DNA from: a virus
Lineage: Duplodnaviria; Caudoviricetes
Virus record (IMG/VR): IMGVR_UViG_3300030104_001604
Location: 1 to 51,655 of that record
DNA length: 51,655 nucleotides
Reading direction: 5' to 3' (one strand)
The translations under genes and the position numbers were made by a program. The notes beneath the pieces were generated by a model. It saw only the letters and a program-made list of their open reading frames with translations. It had not been told where the DNA came from and did no database searches. Below are positions 26,865-35,721 of the stretch, one piece after another. Each line of letters starts with the position of its first letter. Within the stretch, counting starts at the first letter, position 1.

Positions 26865-27290
26865 TCAAAGGTTAACCAGTTTTGAGTCGGAACTACCAAG
26901 CCAATAAAGTCTATAAAGATCTTCTTCTTTTTCGTAGGCTTCTTGTTCCCAAGGCAGAGTTAGATAGGAACATTCAGAATAGTCCTTACCTTTCCACATA
27001 TGTTTATAAGGTGAGAGTTCACCCTTTAGGTATTGTTTAGCATGAATGAGTTCATGTGCTAAATTGTGCATCATTTGATCTAGTGTCAAGTCTTTTCGTG
27101 CCAGAGTTATCTCTATAGATTGTTTATCACCCCAACAAGCCCCATAGAGATCTTCAAATTCATTTACTATAGTTATTTCTATATGAACTAAACGTCTAAT
27201 ACGAGGTAAGAATGAATATAAAATATCATTTATATATTTTTCTATTCTTTTCTTTTGGGCTATACGCCCTACAAAGTCTATATAGAACAT
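26865..27290 (-). CDS. HEXXH zinc metallopeptidase-like protein
   Basis: LAHELIHAKQY and PWEQEAY. Confidence 0.75.
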   Translation of the reverse strand: MFYIDFVGRIAQKKRIEKYINDILYSFLPRIRRLVHIEITIVNEFEDLYGACWGDKQSIEITLARKDLTLDQMMHNLAHELIHAKQYLKGELSPYKHMWKGKDYSECSYLTLPWEQEAYEKEEDLYRLYWLGSSDSKLVNL

Positions 27291-27341
27291 ACAAGTCTTT
27301 TCCTAGATATATATATATGCAGCCCCGGTAGGGCTTAGTTA

Positions 27342-27370
27342 AGTATACAGGTCAGTTCAGCTTTTGTCAA
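27342..27370 (-). promoter_or_regulatory. Leftward sigma70 promoter
   Basis: TTGACA-17 bp-TATACT on the minus strand. Confidence 0.85.
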
Positions 27371-27380
27371 GTAAAAAAAC

Positions 27381-27409
27381 TTGACAGAGTGTTAATCAGA
27401 CCCTATACT
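27381..27409 (+). promoter_or_regulatory. Rightward sigma70 promoter
   Basis: TTGACA (27381-27386)-17 bp-TATACT (27404-27409). Confidence 0.85.
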
Positions 27410-27416
27410 GTAACAT

Positions 27417-27809
27417 ATGCGAGAACTAACCACAAAACAACAGACTTTTCTTGATCATCTAGTATCTGTACAAGGCGATGTAAAAGAAGCAGCACGACTA
27501 GCAGGGTATGCAAATAATGTATACCCCTCAGTAGTTAGAAGCCTAAAGAATGAAATCATAGACCTAGCTTCTAACATATTAGCACAGAGTGCCCCACAAG
27601 CCGCCCTAAAGCTCGTAGAGGCTATGAACTCAGAAACCCCTATCCCTCAAGCTAATATACGCCTACAAGCCGCACAGACGATTCTAGACCGTACAGGGCT
27701 TGGTAAAACAGACAGACTAGACATTAACCATAAAGTAGAAGGGGGTCTATTCATACTACCAGCAAAAGAAGAAGTTATTATTGAAGGTGCATATGAAGAG
27801 AAGAACTAG
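27417..27809 (+). CDS. terS: Terminase small subunit
   Basis: LT.KQ..FL, AA..AGY HTH, AA..ILDR.G, ILP.K; upstream of terL. Confidence 0.75.
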   Translation: MRELTTKQQTFLDHLVSVQGDVKEAARLAGYANNVYPSVVRSLKNEIIDLASNILAQSAPQAALKLVEAMNSETPIPQANIRLQAAQTILDRTGLGKTDRLDINHKVEGGLFILPAKEEVIIEGAYEEKN

Positions 27810-28017
27810 TACCATTCCTTTTGGCTATAGTCTATCAGAAGATAAAGTAACCTTAGAAGCTGTACCAGAACAACTAGAAGCATTAAATGAGATAAAAGAA
27901 CTTGTACATGAGAAATCTTTAAGTCTTAGGGATGGAGCAACATGGCTACACTATAAGACAGGTAGAAAGTTAAGCCACGTAGGTTTAAAAAAAATAATAG
28001 ACAAAGCCTATGAATGA
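27793..28017 (+). CDS. Small HTH protein (recombinase DNA-binding-domain-like)
   Basis: IPFGY, SLR..A.WL..KTGR.LSH.GL. Confidence 0.55.
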   Translation: MKRRTSTIPFGYSLSEDKVTLEAVPEQLEALNEIKELVHEKSLSLRDGATWLHYKTGRKLSHVGLKKIIDKAYE

Positions 28018-29689
28018 TTGGGAAGAAAACCCCGATGCTTATCAGCGAGATGAGGCTGGAGAATTTATTCTCAAAAAAGATGGAACTCCACGTAAAGTTT
28101 CCGGTAGACCGAAAGGTTCAAAAGGTAGAGGCTATAACTATCATTCCGAAACGAAAGCCAAACTCCAAGCCAGGAGATCTGTACGTAACAAACAAAAGAA
28201 ACTGTCCCAAGTCCGTTCTCAACTTGAAGGCTTAAAGGAATCTACCAAAAAGTCCAAAGAGGCTTTAGAAAAGATTGAAAACCCTAACAAGTCTAAAGTA
28301 ATAGATGAAGGAGATATAGAACAACTTACTCCTAATCTTCAAAAGGCACTCAAAGAACAAGATATAATATTCAAATCCAACGAAGGCCCACAGGCAGAGT
28401 TTCTTGCAGCAGGAGAACTTGACGTACTTTATGGTGGTGCAGCAGGAGGTGGCAAGTCCTTTGCCATGATTGTAGATCCTTTACGCTACTGCCATCGTTC
28501 AGCACACAGAGCGTTAATCCTCAGAAGATCCATGCCAGAACTCAGAGAGCTTATAGATAAATCCAGAGAACTTTATCCTAAAGCTTTTCCGGGCTGTAAG
28601 TTCCGTGAGGTTGAAAAGCTATGGAACTTTCCATCAGGAGCTAAAGTAGAGTTTGGATTCTTGGAGCGTGATGCAGACGTATACCGCTATCAAGGTCAAG
28701 CCTTTAGCTGGATAGGGTTTGACGAGATTACACACCTACCCACAGAGTTTTCTTGGAACTATCTAGCTTCACGACTAAGAACAACTGATTCAGAAATTAT
28801 TCCTTATCTACGTTGTACTGCTAACCCAGGAGGTGTAGGGGCACATTGGGTTAAGAAACGCTATGTTACTCCTCACCCACCTAATGAGTCTTTCAAAGGT
28901 GATGATGGTTTAACAAGAAAGTTTATACCAGCTAGACTAGAAGATAATCCATACTTATCGACTGATGGCAGATACGAACAAATGCTACAGTCTTTGCCTC
29001 CTGTACAACGTAAACAACTCTTGGAAGGTAATTGGGATATTACAGAAGGAGCAGCTTTCGCAGAGTTTGATCCAGACGTACATATTATTACTCCCTTTGA
29101 AGTACCTATACATTGGCAACGTCTAAAAGGAATTGACTATGGATATGCTTCTGAAAGTGCTTGTATATGGGCTACAATAGATGCTAACGATGAAACTTTA
29201 ATAATTTATCGAGAATTATACCGTAAGGGGTTGACAGGAGCTGATTTAGGGACTATACTTACTAACATGGAATTGGAAGATCCTGTATCGGTTTCTGGAG
29301 TATTAGATACAGCAGCTTGGGCTAGAACAGGTACAACAGGCCCAACCGTAGGAGAATCTTTAGTTCGATCAGGACATAAACTACGACCTGCTGATAAAAA
29401 TAGAATACAGGGAAAAATCCAAATTCACGAATACTTGAAAGTGCAACAAAACGGAAGGCCACGATTACAAATCTTTAATACATGCCCTAACCTGATACGT
29501 GAGCTTCAAAGTATTCCTTTAAGTAAAAACAATCCAGAAGACGTAGACACTCATGCGCCTGATCATGCGTATGATGCTTTGCGTTATCTGATCATGTCTA
29601 GACCTAGAATTTCAGATACATATGCACAATTAAGAAATCTACGTTTAGAACAAGCCTACCAACCTTCCGATAGTGAGTTTGGTTATTAA
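28010..29689 (+). CDS. terL: Terminase large subunit with a basic N-terminal extension
   Basis: YGGAAGGGKS, FDE, ANPGG, GIDYG, DHAYDALRY. Confidence 0.92.
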   Translation: MNDWEENPDAYQRDEAGEFILKKDGTPRKVSGRPKGSKGRGYNYHSETKAKLQARRSVRNKQKKLSQVRSQLEGLKESTKKSKEALEKIENPNKSKVIDEGDIEQLTPNLQKALKEQDIIFKSNEGPQAEFLAAGELDVLYGGAAGGGKSFAMIVDPLRYCHRSAHRALILRRSMPELRELIDKSRELYPKAFPGCKFREVEKLWNFPSGAKVEFGFLERDADVYRYQGQAFSWIGFDEITHLPTEFSWNYLASRLRTTDSEIIPYLRCTANPGGVGAHWVKKRYVTPHPPNESFKGDDGLTRKFIPARLEDNPYLSTDGRYEQMLQSLPPVQRKQLLEGNWDITEGAAFAEFDPDVHIITPFEVPIHWQRLKGIDYGYASESACIWATIDANDETLIIYRELYRKGLTGADLGTILTNMELEDPVSVSGVLDTAAWARTGTTGPTVGESLVRSGHKLRPADKNRIQGKIQIHEYLKVQQNGRPRLQIFNTCPNLIRELQSIPLSKNNPEDVDTHAPDHAYDALRYLIMSRPRISDTYAQLRNLRLEQAYQPSDSEFGY

Positions 29690-29713
29690 AAATTTTTATG
29701 TAGGAGAATACAT

Positions 29714-30301
29714 ATGGCAAATCCAGTAGTAAGTATTAGAGATTCAGGTAGAAGCACAGCAAGCATACATGATGTACGTGCTTTATCCGACAACAACTGT
29801 CATTCATGGACATCAGCAACAACAGGCACAATAGCAGTAACAGCAAATGAAACGTATGATGTAACATTTACACAACCTGCTGATACAATTATTCGTAACT
29901 TAATTGCAATACCTGCTGGTAACATTGTTACTGCTGGAGCATCAGGTGATGATGTAGATTTTGATTTAGGTACTTCCGCAGGTGGTGGTCAAATAATTGA
30001 TGAAGAAGCTATTCTTGATGATGGTGGTTCAGCCGTAACATGGACAGCTAATGCACCGTTATATCTTATTCAAGATTCACATGGTCATGGAGCTAATGCT
30101 TTTGTAAGCACTAGTGTTACTGCTGGTGTAGTTGGTGGCCCTGCAACTTCAGAGGCTATTGTAATTGCAGGAACTTTGTATACAGCTTCAGCAAGGACTT
30201 TACATGCACGATTAAAGCCTTTAGCAAATAACTTAACTACAGCAGCTACAACAGTTACATACTTAGTAGAGTTCCTACATCTTGGTGTATTGCCTGATTA
30301 A
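29714..30301 (+). CDS. Probable virion structural protein (beta-rich, decoration-like)
   Basis: T/A/G/V-rich, strong SD aggag; function inferred. Confidence 0.45.
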   Translation: MANPVVSIRDSGRSTASIHDVRALSDNNCHSWTSATTGTIAVTANETYDVTFTQPADTIIRNLIAIPAGNIVTAGASGDDVDFDLGTSAGGGQIIDEEAILDDGGSAVTWTANAPLYLIQDSHGHGANAFVSTSVTAGVVGGPATSEAIVIAGTLYTASARTLHARLKPLANNLTTAATTVTYLVEFLHLGVLPD

Positions 30302-30441
30302 TGGTGGGGTACTTAGTTGCCTTCTATGAATCTTTACGGCCTAAAGGTAAAGTCTTTAGGCCATTCAATACCTTTGGAATAATTATTATTAGTCTAGCTG
30401 TTACGTTTTCACTAGTCTATTCAATCATAGGACTTATATGA
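30301..30441 (+). CDS. Small TM protein (46 aa), not in ORF track
   Basis: TAATG and ATGA overlaps; contains a 9-bp hairpin at 30338-30362. Confidence 0.45.
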   Translation: MVGYLVAFYESLRPKGKVFRPFNTFGIIIISLAVTFSLVYSIIGLI

Positions 30442-30581
30442 AAAAAATTATAGCTTGGTGTATTAAACAATATGCTAACTTAGTAGAAAAACTTGGCATG
30501 GGTGTAGATAGTATTGCTTATGGATTAACAAATCATGCTTTTCGTATGTCTAAAAAAGCCAAGGCGTTAGCTGATGCCTGA
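30438..30581 (+). CDS. Small protein (47 aa), not in ORF track
   Basis: SD agga; overlaps the portal start. Confidence 0.45.
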   Translation: MKKIIAWCIKQYANLVEKLGMGVDSIAYGLTNHAFRMSKKAKALADA

Positions 30582-32757
30582 AGATACGTTTTTAGAAAAC
30601 ACAGCCGATTCTGTTTTTTATGAAGATGTTGAAGGTGAGCATGGTAAAGAACTTAATCTTACATCTCAAATCAAATCTAACATAGTAGGTTTAATAGAAG
30701 ATCGTTATAATACTGCGGTAGATGTTAGAGAAAATGATGAAGGACGATGGATTACTTCTTACCATAATTATCGTGGCTTGTATCCTAAAAACGTAAGATT
30801 TAGAGAATCTGAAAAATCTAGAGTATTTATCAAGGTTACTAAAACTAAAGTACTGGCTGCTTTCGGACAGCTAGTTGATGTTATTTTTGGCACAGGTAAG
30901 TTTCCTATAGGTATAACTCATACTAAAATGCCTGAAGGTGTACAGGAATATGCTCATCTTGACAGAGATAATCCTACTCCTAGTATTGAGTCTACGCCCT
31001 CTCAAGAAAGTGAAGAACAAAAACAAACACCTTTTGATGTAGGTTATGAAGGAGATGGTCGAACACTAGCTCCTGGTGCAACTATGAACAACATAACCTT
31101 TATTGAACAAGAAGGAGAAAAAGCTAATAAACTAGCTCCCGGCCCTTCACCAATACCTGATGTACCAGAAATAAAACCTGCTGAAGTAAAATCTAGACGT
31201 ATGGAAAAGCTAATCCATGATCAAATTGAAGAATCAAATGGGTCTAGTGAAATACGAAATGCTTTGTTTGAAGCTGCATTATTTGGTACAGGTATTGTCA
31301 AAGGCCCATTTAACTTTAATAAAACATTAAATCGTTGGACTCGTGATGAAGATGGTGAACGTACTTACGATCCTTTAGAAGTCAGAGTACCTCGAATAGA
31401 GTTTGTCTCTATATGGGATTTTTTTCCAGATCCGTCAGCTACTACTGTTGACGAATGTGAATACATTGTACATCGTCATAAATTAAACCGTTCTCAATTC
31501 AGAGCTTTAAAGCGTATGCCTTATTTTGATGAAGAGGCAATTCGTGATTGTTTAATGATGGGGCCAAATTACGAAGAAAAGGATTACGAAACAGAACTAA
31601 GAGATGATGCACATACAAGTGAACAAGGTTTAGGTCAGTTTGAGGTATTAGAGTATTGGGGTATCATGGATGCAGAGTATGCTCGTGAAGTTGATATGGA
31701 CTTACCTGATGATGTAGACGAGCTATCTGAAGTGCAGATTAATGCATGGATTTGTAATGGTAAGTTATTACGTGCTGTTATTAATCCGTTCACACCCCAT
31801 CGTATTCCATACCATGCGTTTTCTTACGAGCGTAATCCCTATAGTTTTTTTGGGATTGGTGTGGCAGAGAATATGGACGATTCACAGAAAATTATGAATG
31901 GTCATGCACGAATGGCAATTGATAATTTAGCCCTCTCAGGCTCACTGGTCTTTGATGTGGATGAATCTGCTCTTGTAGGGGGACAGTCTATGGAAATATA
32001 TCCTGGTAAGATATTTCGTAGACAAGCTGGAATGCCCGGAACGGCAATCAATGGCCTCAAGTTTCCTAATACCTCTAATGAAAACATGATGATGTTTGAC
32101 AGGTTTAGACAGCTTGCAGACGAGCAGACAGGTATACCTAGTTATTCACATGGACAAACAGGTGTACAAAGCATGACACGAACAGCTTCAGGGATGTCAA
32201 TGCTACTAGGTGCAGCAAGTCTTAACATTAAAACTGTTGTAAAAAACTTAGATGATTTTCTTTTAAAGCCTTTAGGAGAAGCATACTTTCAATGGAACAT
32301 GCAGTTTCTTGAACAAGACTTAGGTGTAGAAGGAGATTTAGAAGTAAAAGCTACAGGCACAAACAGCTTAATGCAAAAAGAAGTGCGAAGCCAACGGCTG
32401 ACTATGTTCTTACAGACTGTACAGAATCCTGCCATTGCTCCGTTTGTTAAAGTGAACAAGCTAATTAGTGAACTTGCTTATAGTCTTGATTTAGATCCTG
32501 ATGAGATCTTAAATGATCCAGAAGAAGCAGCACTAATGGCTCAGATAATAGGAATGCAAAATGCTGGACAACCAACAGGCCAAGAAGCTGCTCCCCCTAG
32601 TCAACAACCCGGAGCTATGGGAAGCCCTGAAGGAGTACCTCCTACACCTCAAGAACTTGGAGCTACAGGCACTGGTGGGGGCAACATCGGAACAGGAAAT
32701 ATTCCGCAGCCAGGGGAAGGTGAATTTGCTGGTACGCCTAGAGCAGTTGAGGGATAG
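30574..32757 (+). CDS. Portal protein (P22/podovirus-type)
   Basis: SRVF.K.TK.KV, FGTG.VKGP, FFPDP, FFG.G..E, TASG.SM; position after terL. Confidence 0.85.
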   Translation: MPEDTFLENTADSVFYEDVEGEHGKELNLTSQIKSNIVGLIEDRYNTAVDVRENDEGRWITSYHNYRGLYPKNVRFRESEKSRVFIKVTKTKVLAAFGQLVDVIFGTGKFPIGITHTKMPEGVQEYAHLDRDNPTPSIESTPSQESEEQKQTPFDVGYEGDGRTLAPGATMNNITFIEQEGEKANKLAPGPSPIPDVPEIKPAEVKSRRMEKLIHDQIEESNGSSEIRNALFEAALFGTGIVKGPFNFNKTLNRWTRDEDGERTYDPLEVRVPRIEFVSIWDFFPDPSATTVDECEYIVHRHKLNRSQFRALKRMPYFDEEAIRDCLMMGPNYEEKDYETELRDDAHTSEQGLGQFEVLEYWGIMDAEYAREVDMDLPDDVDELSEVQINAWICNGKLLRAVINPFTPHRIPYHAFSYERNPYSFFGIGVAENMDDSQKIMNGHARMAIDNLALSGSLVFDVDESALVGGQSMEIYPGKIFRRQAGMPGTAINGLKFPNTSNENMMMFDRFRQLADEQTGIPSYSHGQTGVQSMTRTASGMSMLLGAASLNIKTVVKNLDDFLLKPLGEAYFQWNMQFLEQDLGVEGDLEVKATGTNSLMQKEVRSQRLTMFLQTVQNPAIAPFVKVNKLISELAYSLDLDPDEILNDPEEAALMAQIIGMQNAGQPTGQEAAPPSQQPGAMGSPEGVPPTPQELGATGTGGGNIGTGNIPQPGEGEFAGTPRAVEG

Positions 32758-32779
32758 CGTCAACGCTAATAAAAATTAA
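32561..32779 (+). CDS. Small helical protein overprinted on the portal C-terminus
   Basis: LVNN...W......L ... R.QG....L..L..L pattern typical of the small post-portal gene; SD agga. Confidence 0.65.
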   Translation: MLDNQQAKKLLPLVNNPELWEALKEYLLHLKNLELQALVGATSEQEIFRSQGKVNLLVRLEQLRDSVNANKN

Positions 32780-32791
32780 TAGGAATTTTTT

Positions 32792-34738
32792 ATGCATGAG
32801 TCAAAAAAATCTAAAAAAGAAAAAAGTTTAATGGTAGCCATACCTGAGTCTAGCCCTTCTGTTGAAGTAAATATTTATAATGATGGTGAAAAACGTGAAG
32901 GTAAAGCTGATGGTGGTTATTCTATGATGAATCCCCCCAGAGAAAAAGCTGTTTTTGGAAAATTAGCGCAAGCAGGGCTTCAATATGCAGGTGAAACAGT
33001 AGCCCCTAAAGCAATGAAAAAACTTTCAAAAACTCGTGTACCTAAAGAAATAACAGAAGAAATGGATGAGCTTTCTTATACATTAGATGAGCAAAAAGAT
33101 TTGTTAGATAAATATCCTGAAACTAAAGAAAGGTTTATTAATAAAATCGCAACTTTAGAAAATACAGCACGTAACATTGGTAGAGGAGGAGGTGGCCCTT
33201 CTGATACTGTTAAAAATAAATCATTAAAAATAATGCAAAGTCTTTTGCTTCCTAAAACTGGTAATCAAGATTTAGTTGAAAAAGGTATAAAAGCACAACG
33301 TACTACGTTTGATGAAAAATTTGATACAGGTACAGATACATTTTTAGCTGGTTTAGGTTTAGGCGTATTATATAATTACTTTGATGATAGTGAAGTAAAA
33401 GAATTAAAAAATTTACAAAGTAAAGAAACTGATATGTTGTTAAATACAATTGCTGAATTACAAAATGAAGTTTGGTTAAGTCAAAATACAAAACCACCTA
33501 CAAAAAAACAAGCAAGTTCTTTTGAAAAAGCTTTTAGTACTGCATGGAAAGCTAATGAAAAAACTTTTATGTTTGAAGGCAAAGAATATACTACTCAACT
33601 TGCAAGAACACAAAAATTTGAAGGTGGCCCTAAAAGTACTTTTGAAGGTCAAGGCAGTCCAGCTACTCCAGAAGCTTTAAAACAACGTGATGCTCGTGAA
33701 GCTGCTGTAGTAAAAGAAATACAACGTACAGGTGAAGATGATGAAGTTGTGTTATCTAAAGAAACATTAGGTAAATTAGCTGATATTGAAGAAGGAAAAA
33801 TGCTTATAGCCGAAGGTACAAAATTAAAAGATGAAGCAAGAAATAACGAAGCAAGGGCTTATGCAGAAAATGTTAGAAAACAAGGACAAATGATTTTAGA
33901 AGGAATTTTAAATTATACAAGAGATCAAAACTCATTAGGTGGGATGATTGATGATATTCAAAGTCAAGCAGCATCAGCAGCTACATCAAACTCAAAAAAA
34001 CCAAATATTATTACTGCTGCTCCTGATTTAAAAACTGTAGCAGCTTTAGATTATGCTACTACAACTGAAGGACAAATAGAATTAGATAAACAAGCTTTAG
34101 ATCCAAATAGGCAAATGGCACAAGAAGGCGGCATGCCTATGCCTCCTGAATTAATGCAACAGCCTATGCCTACAGAAGAACCTCCTGTCGATACTTATCC
34201 TAATATACCTCCAGAAGAAATGGCAGAAGTAGAAGCTTCACAACTTCCAGATGATGAAATGGAAGATGGTTATTTAGATTTCATAGTAAGTGAATCTTTA
34301 TCAGGACAAGAACAACAATATTTAATGGAGAGCCTAGAAGCTGATCCACAACTAAGCAGTATTATTGATAAATTAGTATTAACTGCTTCAGAATTTACTG
34401 GTCAAGGGGAAGTAGACGGCCCTGGAACTGGTGTCTCAGATTCGATACCTGCAAGGTTATCGGACGGTGAATTTGTTTTCACCAGAAAAGCAACTGACCA
34501 ATTAGGTGCTGACAATCTGCAAACAATGATGGATGACGCAGAACGTGCATATGATGGTGGGTTGCAAAAATATGCACTTGGTGGTGCTGTAGATGATACC
34601 GTATTGGGTGGTGCTGTAAAAGACACTACTCCGTTAATGGATGAAAAAGTTGACATGTACGGTACAAATAGACAGCAAGATGAAATGCGTAAGCAAATGA
34701 TGTACGCAAATCGTATGCCAAGTATTATAGGAACGTAA
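32792..34738 (+). CDS. 648-aa head-region protein with repeated GG motifs and a GPGTG.SDSIPA.LSDGEFV domain (candidate maturation factor/protease)
   Basis: Motif at 34418-34495; located between portal and scaffold. Confidence 0.55.
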   Translation: MHESKKSKKEKSLMVAIPESSPSVEVNIYNDGEKREGKADGGYSMMNPPREKAVFGKLAQAGLQYAGETVAPKAMKKLSKTRVPKEITEEMDELSYTLDEQKDLLDKYPETKERFINKIATLENTARNIGRGGGGPSDTVKNKSLKIMQSLLLPKTGNQDLVEKGIKAQRTTFDEKFDTGTDTFLAGLGLGVLYNYFDDSEVKELKNLQSKETDMLLNTIAELQNEVWLSQNTKPPTKKQASSFEKAFSTAWKANEKTFMFEGKEYTTQLARTQKFEGGPKSTFEGQGSPATPEALKQRDAREAAVVKEIQRTGEDDEVVLSKETLGKLADIEEGKMLIAEGTKLKDEARNNEARAYAENVRKQGQMILEGILNYTRDQNSLGGMIDDIQSQAASAATSNSKKPNIITAAPDLKTVAALDYATTTEGQIELDKQALDPNRQMAQEGGMPMPPELMQQPMPTEEPPVDTYPNIPPEEMAEVEASQLPDDEMEDGYLDFIVSESLSGQEQQYLMESLEADPQLSSIIDKLVLTASEFTGQGEVDGPGTGVSDSIPARLSDGEFVFTRKATDQLGADNLQTMMDDAERAYDGGLQKYALGGAVDDTVLGGAVKDTTPLMDEKVDMYGTNRQQDEMRKQMMYANRMPSIIGT

Positions 34739-35002
34739 TAAGGCTACCTGATTTATCAGCCCCTTATTAAAATATAACCCCAAGGCTACCTTGTAGTATA
34801 AGCCCCTTAATTTTTAAGGCTACCTTACAACGACAAGCCCCAACGGAGTAATGATGATGGAAGCAGAAAACATAGTAGAAGAACCGCAAGCAAATCCGTA
34901 TAACGCTAAAAAAGATTGGGCAACCCCCATTCAAAGTAATACAGAGGATGCTAATGGACTTTTTTTTGAACACTCTCAGGCCACCTCAGACGAAGCCCCT
35001 GA
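34736..35002 (+). promoter_or_regulatory. Array of four related RNA hairpins around the scaffold start
   Basis: AGG-CYAC-CT..AG-CC-CC at 34740, 34782, 34816 and 34976. Confidence 0.7.
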
Positions 35003-35690
35003 AGAAACAGAAAAACCAAAACAAAAAAGAGCCAACTATAAAAAAAGATACGATGATTTAAAACGTCATCACGATAGTAAAATTGCTGAGTTTAAACAAC
35101 GTGAGCAAGAGCTGTTGGCTACAAATCAGCCAACTTATCAAGCTCCAAGATCTCCAGAAGAACTTGAGGAGTTTAAACAGCAGTATCCAGATTTGTATGA
35201 TACTGTTGAAACAATTGCACATTCTAGAAGTTCAGAGCAAGTAGAAGCACTTCAGAATCAAGTATCGGCTTTGCAAAAACGTGAGCAAGAAATTGTACAA
35301 CGTGAAGCTATATCAGAATTGCAAAAACGACATCCTGACTTTGAAGAACTACGTAGCTCAGAAGAGTTTCACGAGTGGGCAAAACTTCAACCAGAAGATA
35401 TACAAGATTGGATATATGCAAATCCAGATAATGCTGGATTAGCTAGTAGAGCTATTGATCTTTATAAAATGGAAAACGGTCTTCAAATTAATGTTCCGTC
35501 TAAATCATCTAAGCGTCCAGCTAAACAAGCATCTGCAGCAGATATGGTGTCCACTAAAACGACAACTGTTGATGCAGCACAACCTGCTAAAATTTGGACG
35601 CAGAGGGAAATCGCCTCAATGTCTATGGCTGAATATGATAAATATGAACAAGAAATTGATCAGGCTATTCAGGAAGGCAGAGTGCGATAA
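34851..35690 (+). CDS. Capsid scaffolding protein
   Basis: YKKRYDDLK coiled coil, HPDF, C-terminal I..MS..EY......I..A..EGR; directly before the capsid gene. Confidence 0.8.
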   Translation: MMMEAENIVEEPQANPYNAKKDWATPIQSNTEDANGLFFEHSQATSDEAPEETEKPKQKRANYKKRYDDLKRHHDSKIAEFKQREQELLATNQPTYQAPRSPEELEEFKQQYPDLYDTVETIAHSRSSEQVEALQNQVSALQKREQEIVQREAISELQKRHPDFEELRSSEEFHEWAKLQPEDIQDWIYANPDNAGLASRAIDLYKMENGLQINVPSKSSKRPAKQASAADMVSTKTTTVDAAQPAKIWTQREIASMSMAEYDKYEQEIDQAIQEGRVR

Positions 35691-35721
35691 TTTGTCTTTT
35701 TATTTTAGAGGAGTCTAAACA

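Noticed and set aside
27793-28017. Integrase/resolvase indicating lysogeny
   Set aside because: Only ~74 aa with no catalytic domain; no repressor or att site seen
30338-30362. Intrinsic terminator
   Set aside because: Good 9-bp stem but no U-tract, and it lies inside a small ORF
34736-34845. Mini CRISPR array
   Set aside because: The variable part is inside each unit, gaps are only ~7-15 bp, and there are no unique 30-bp spacers or cas operon
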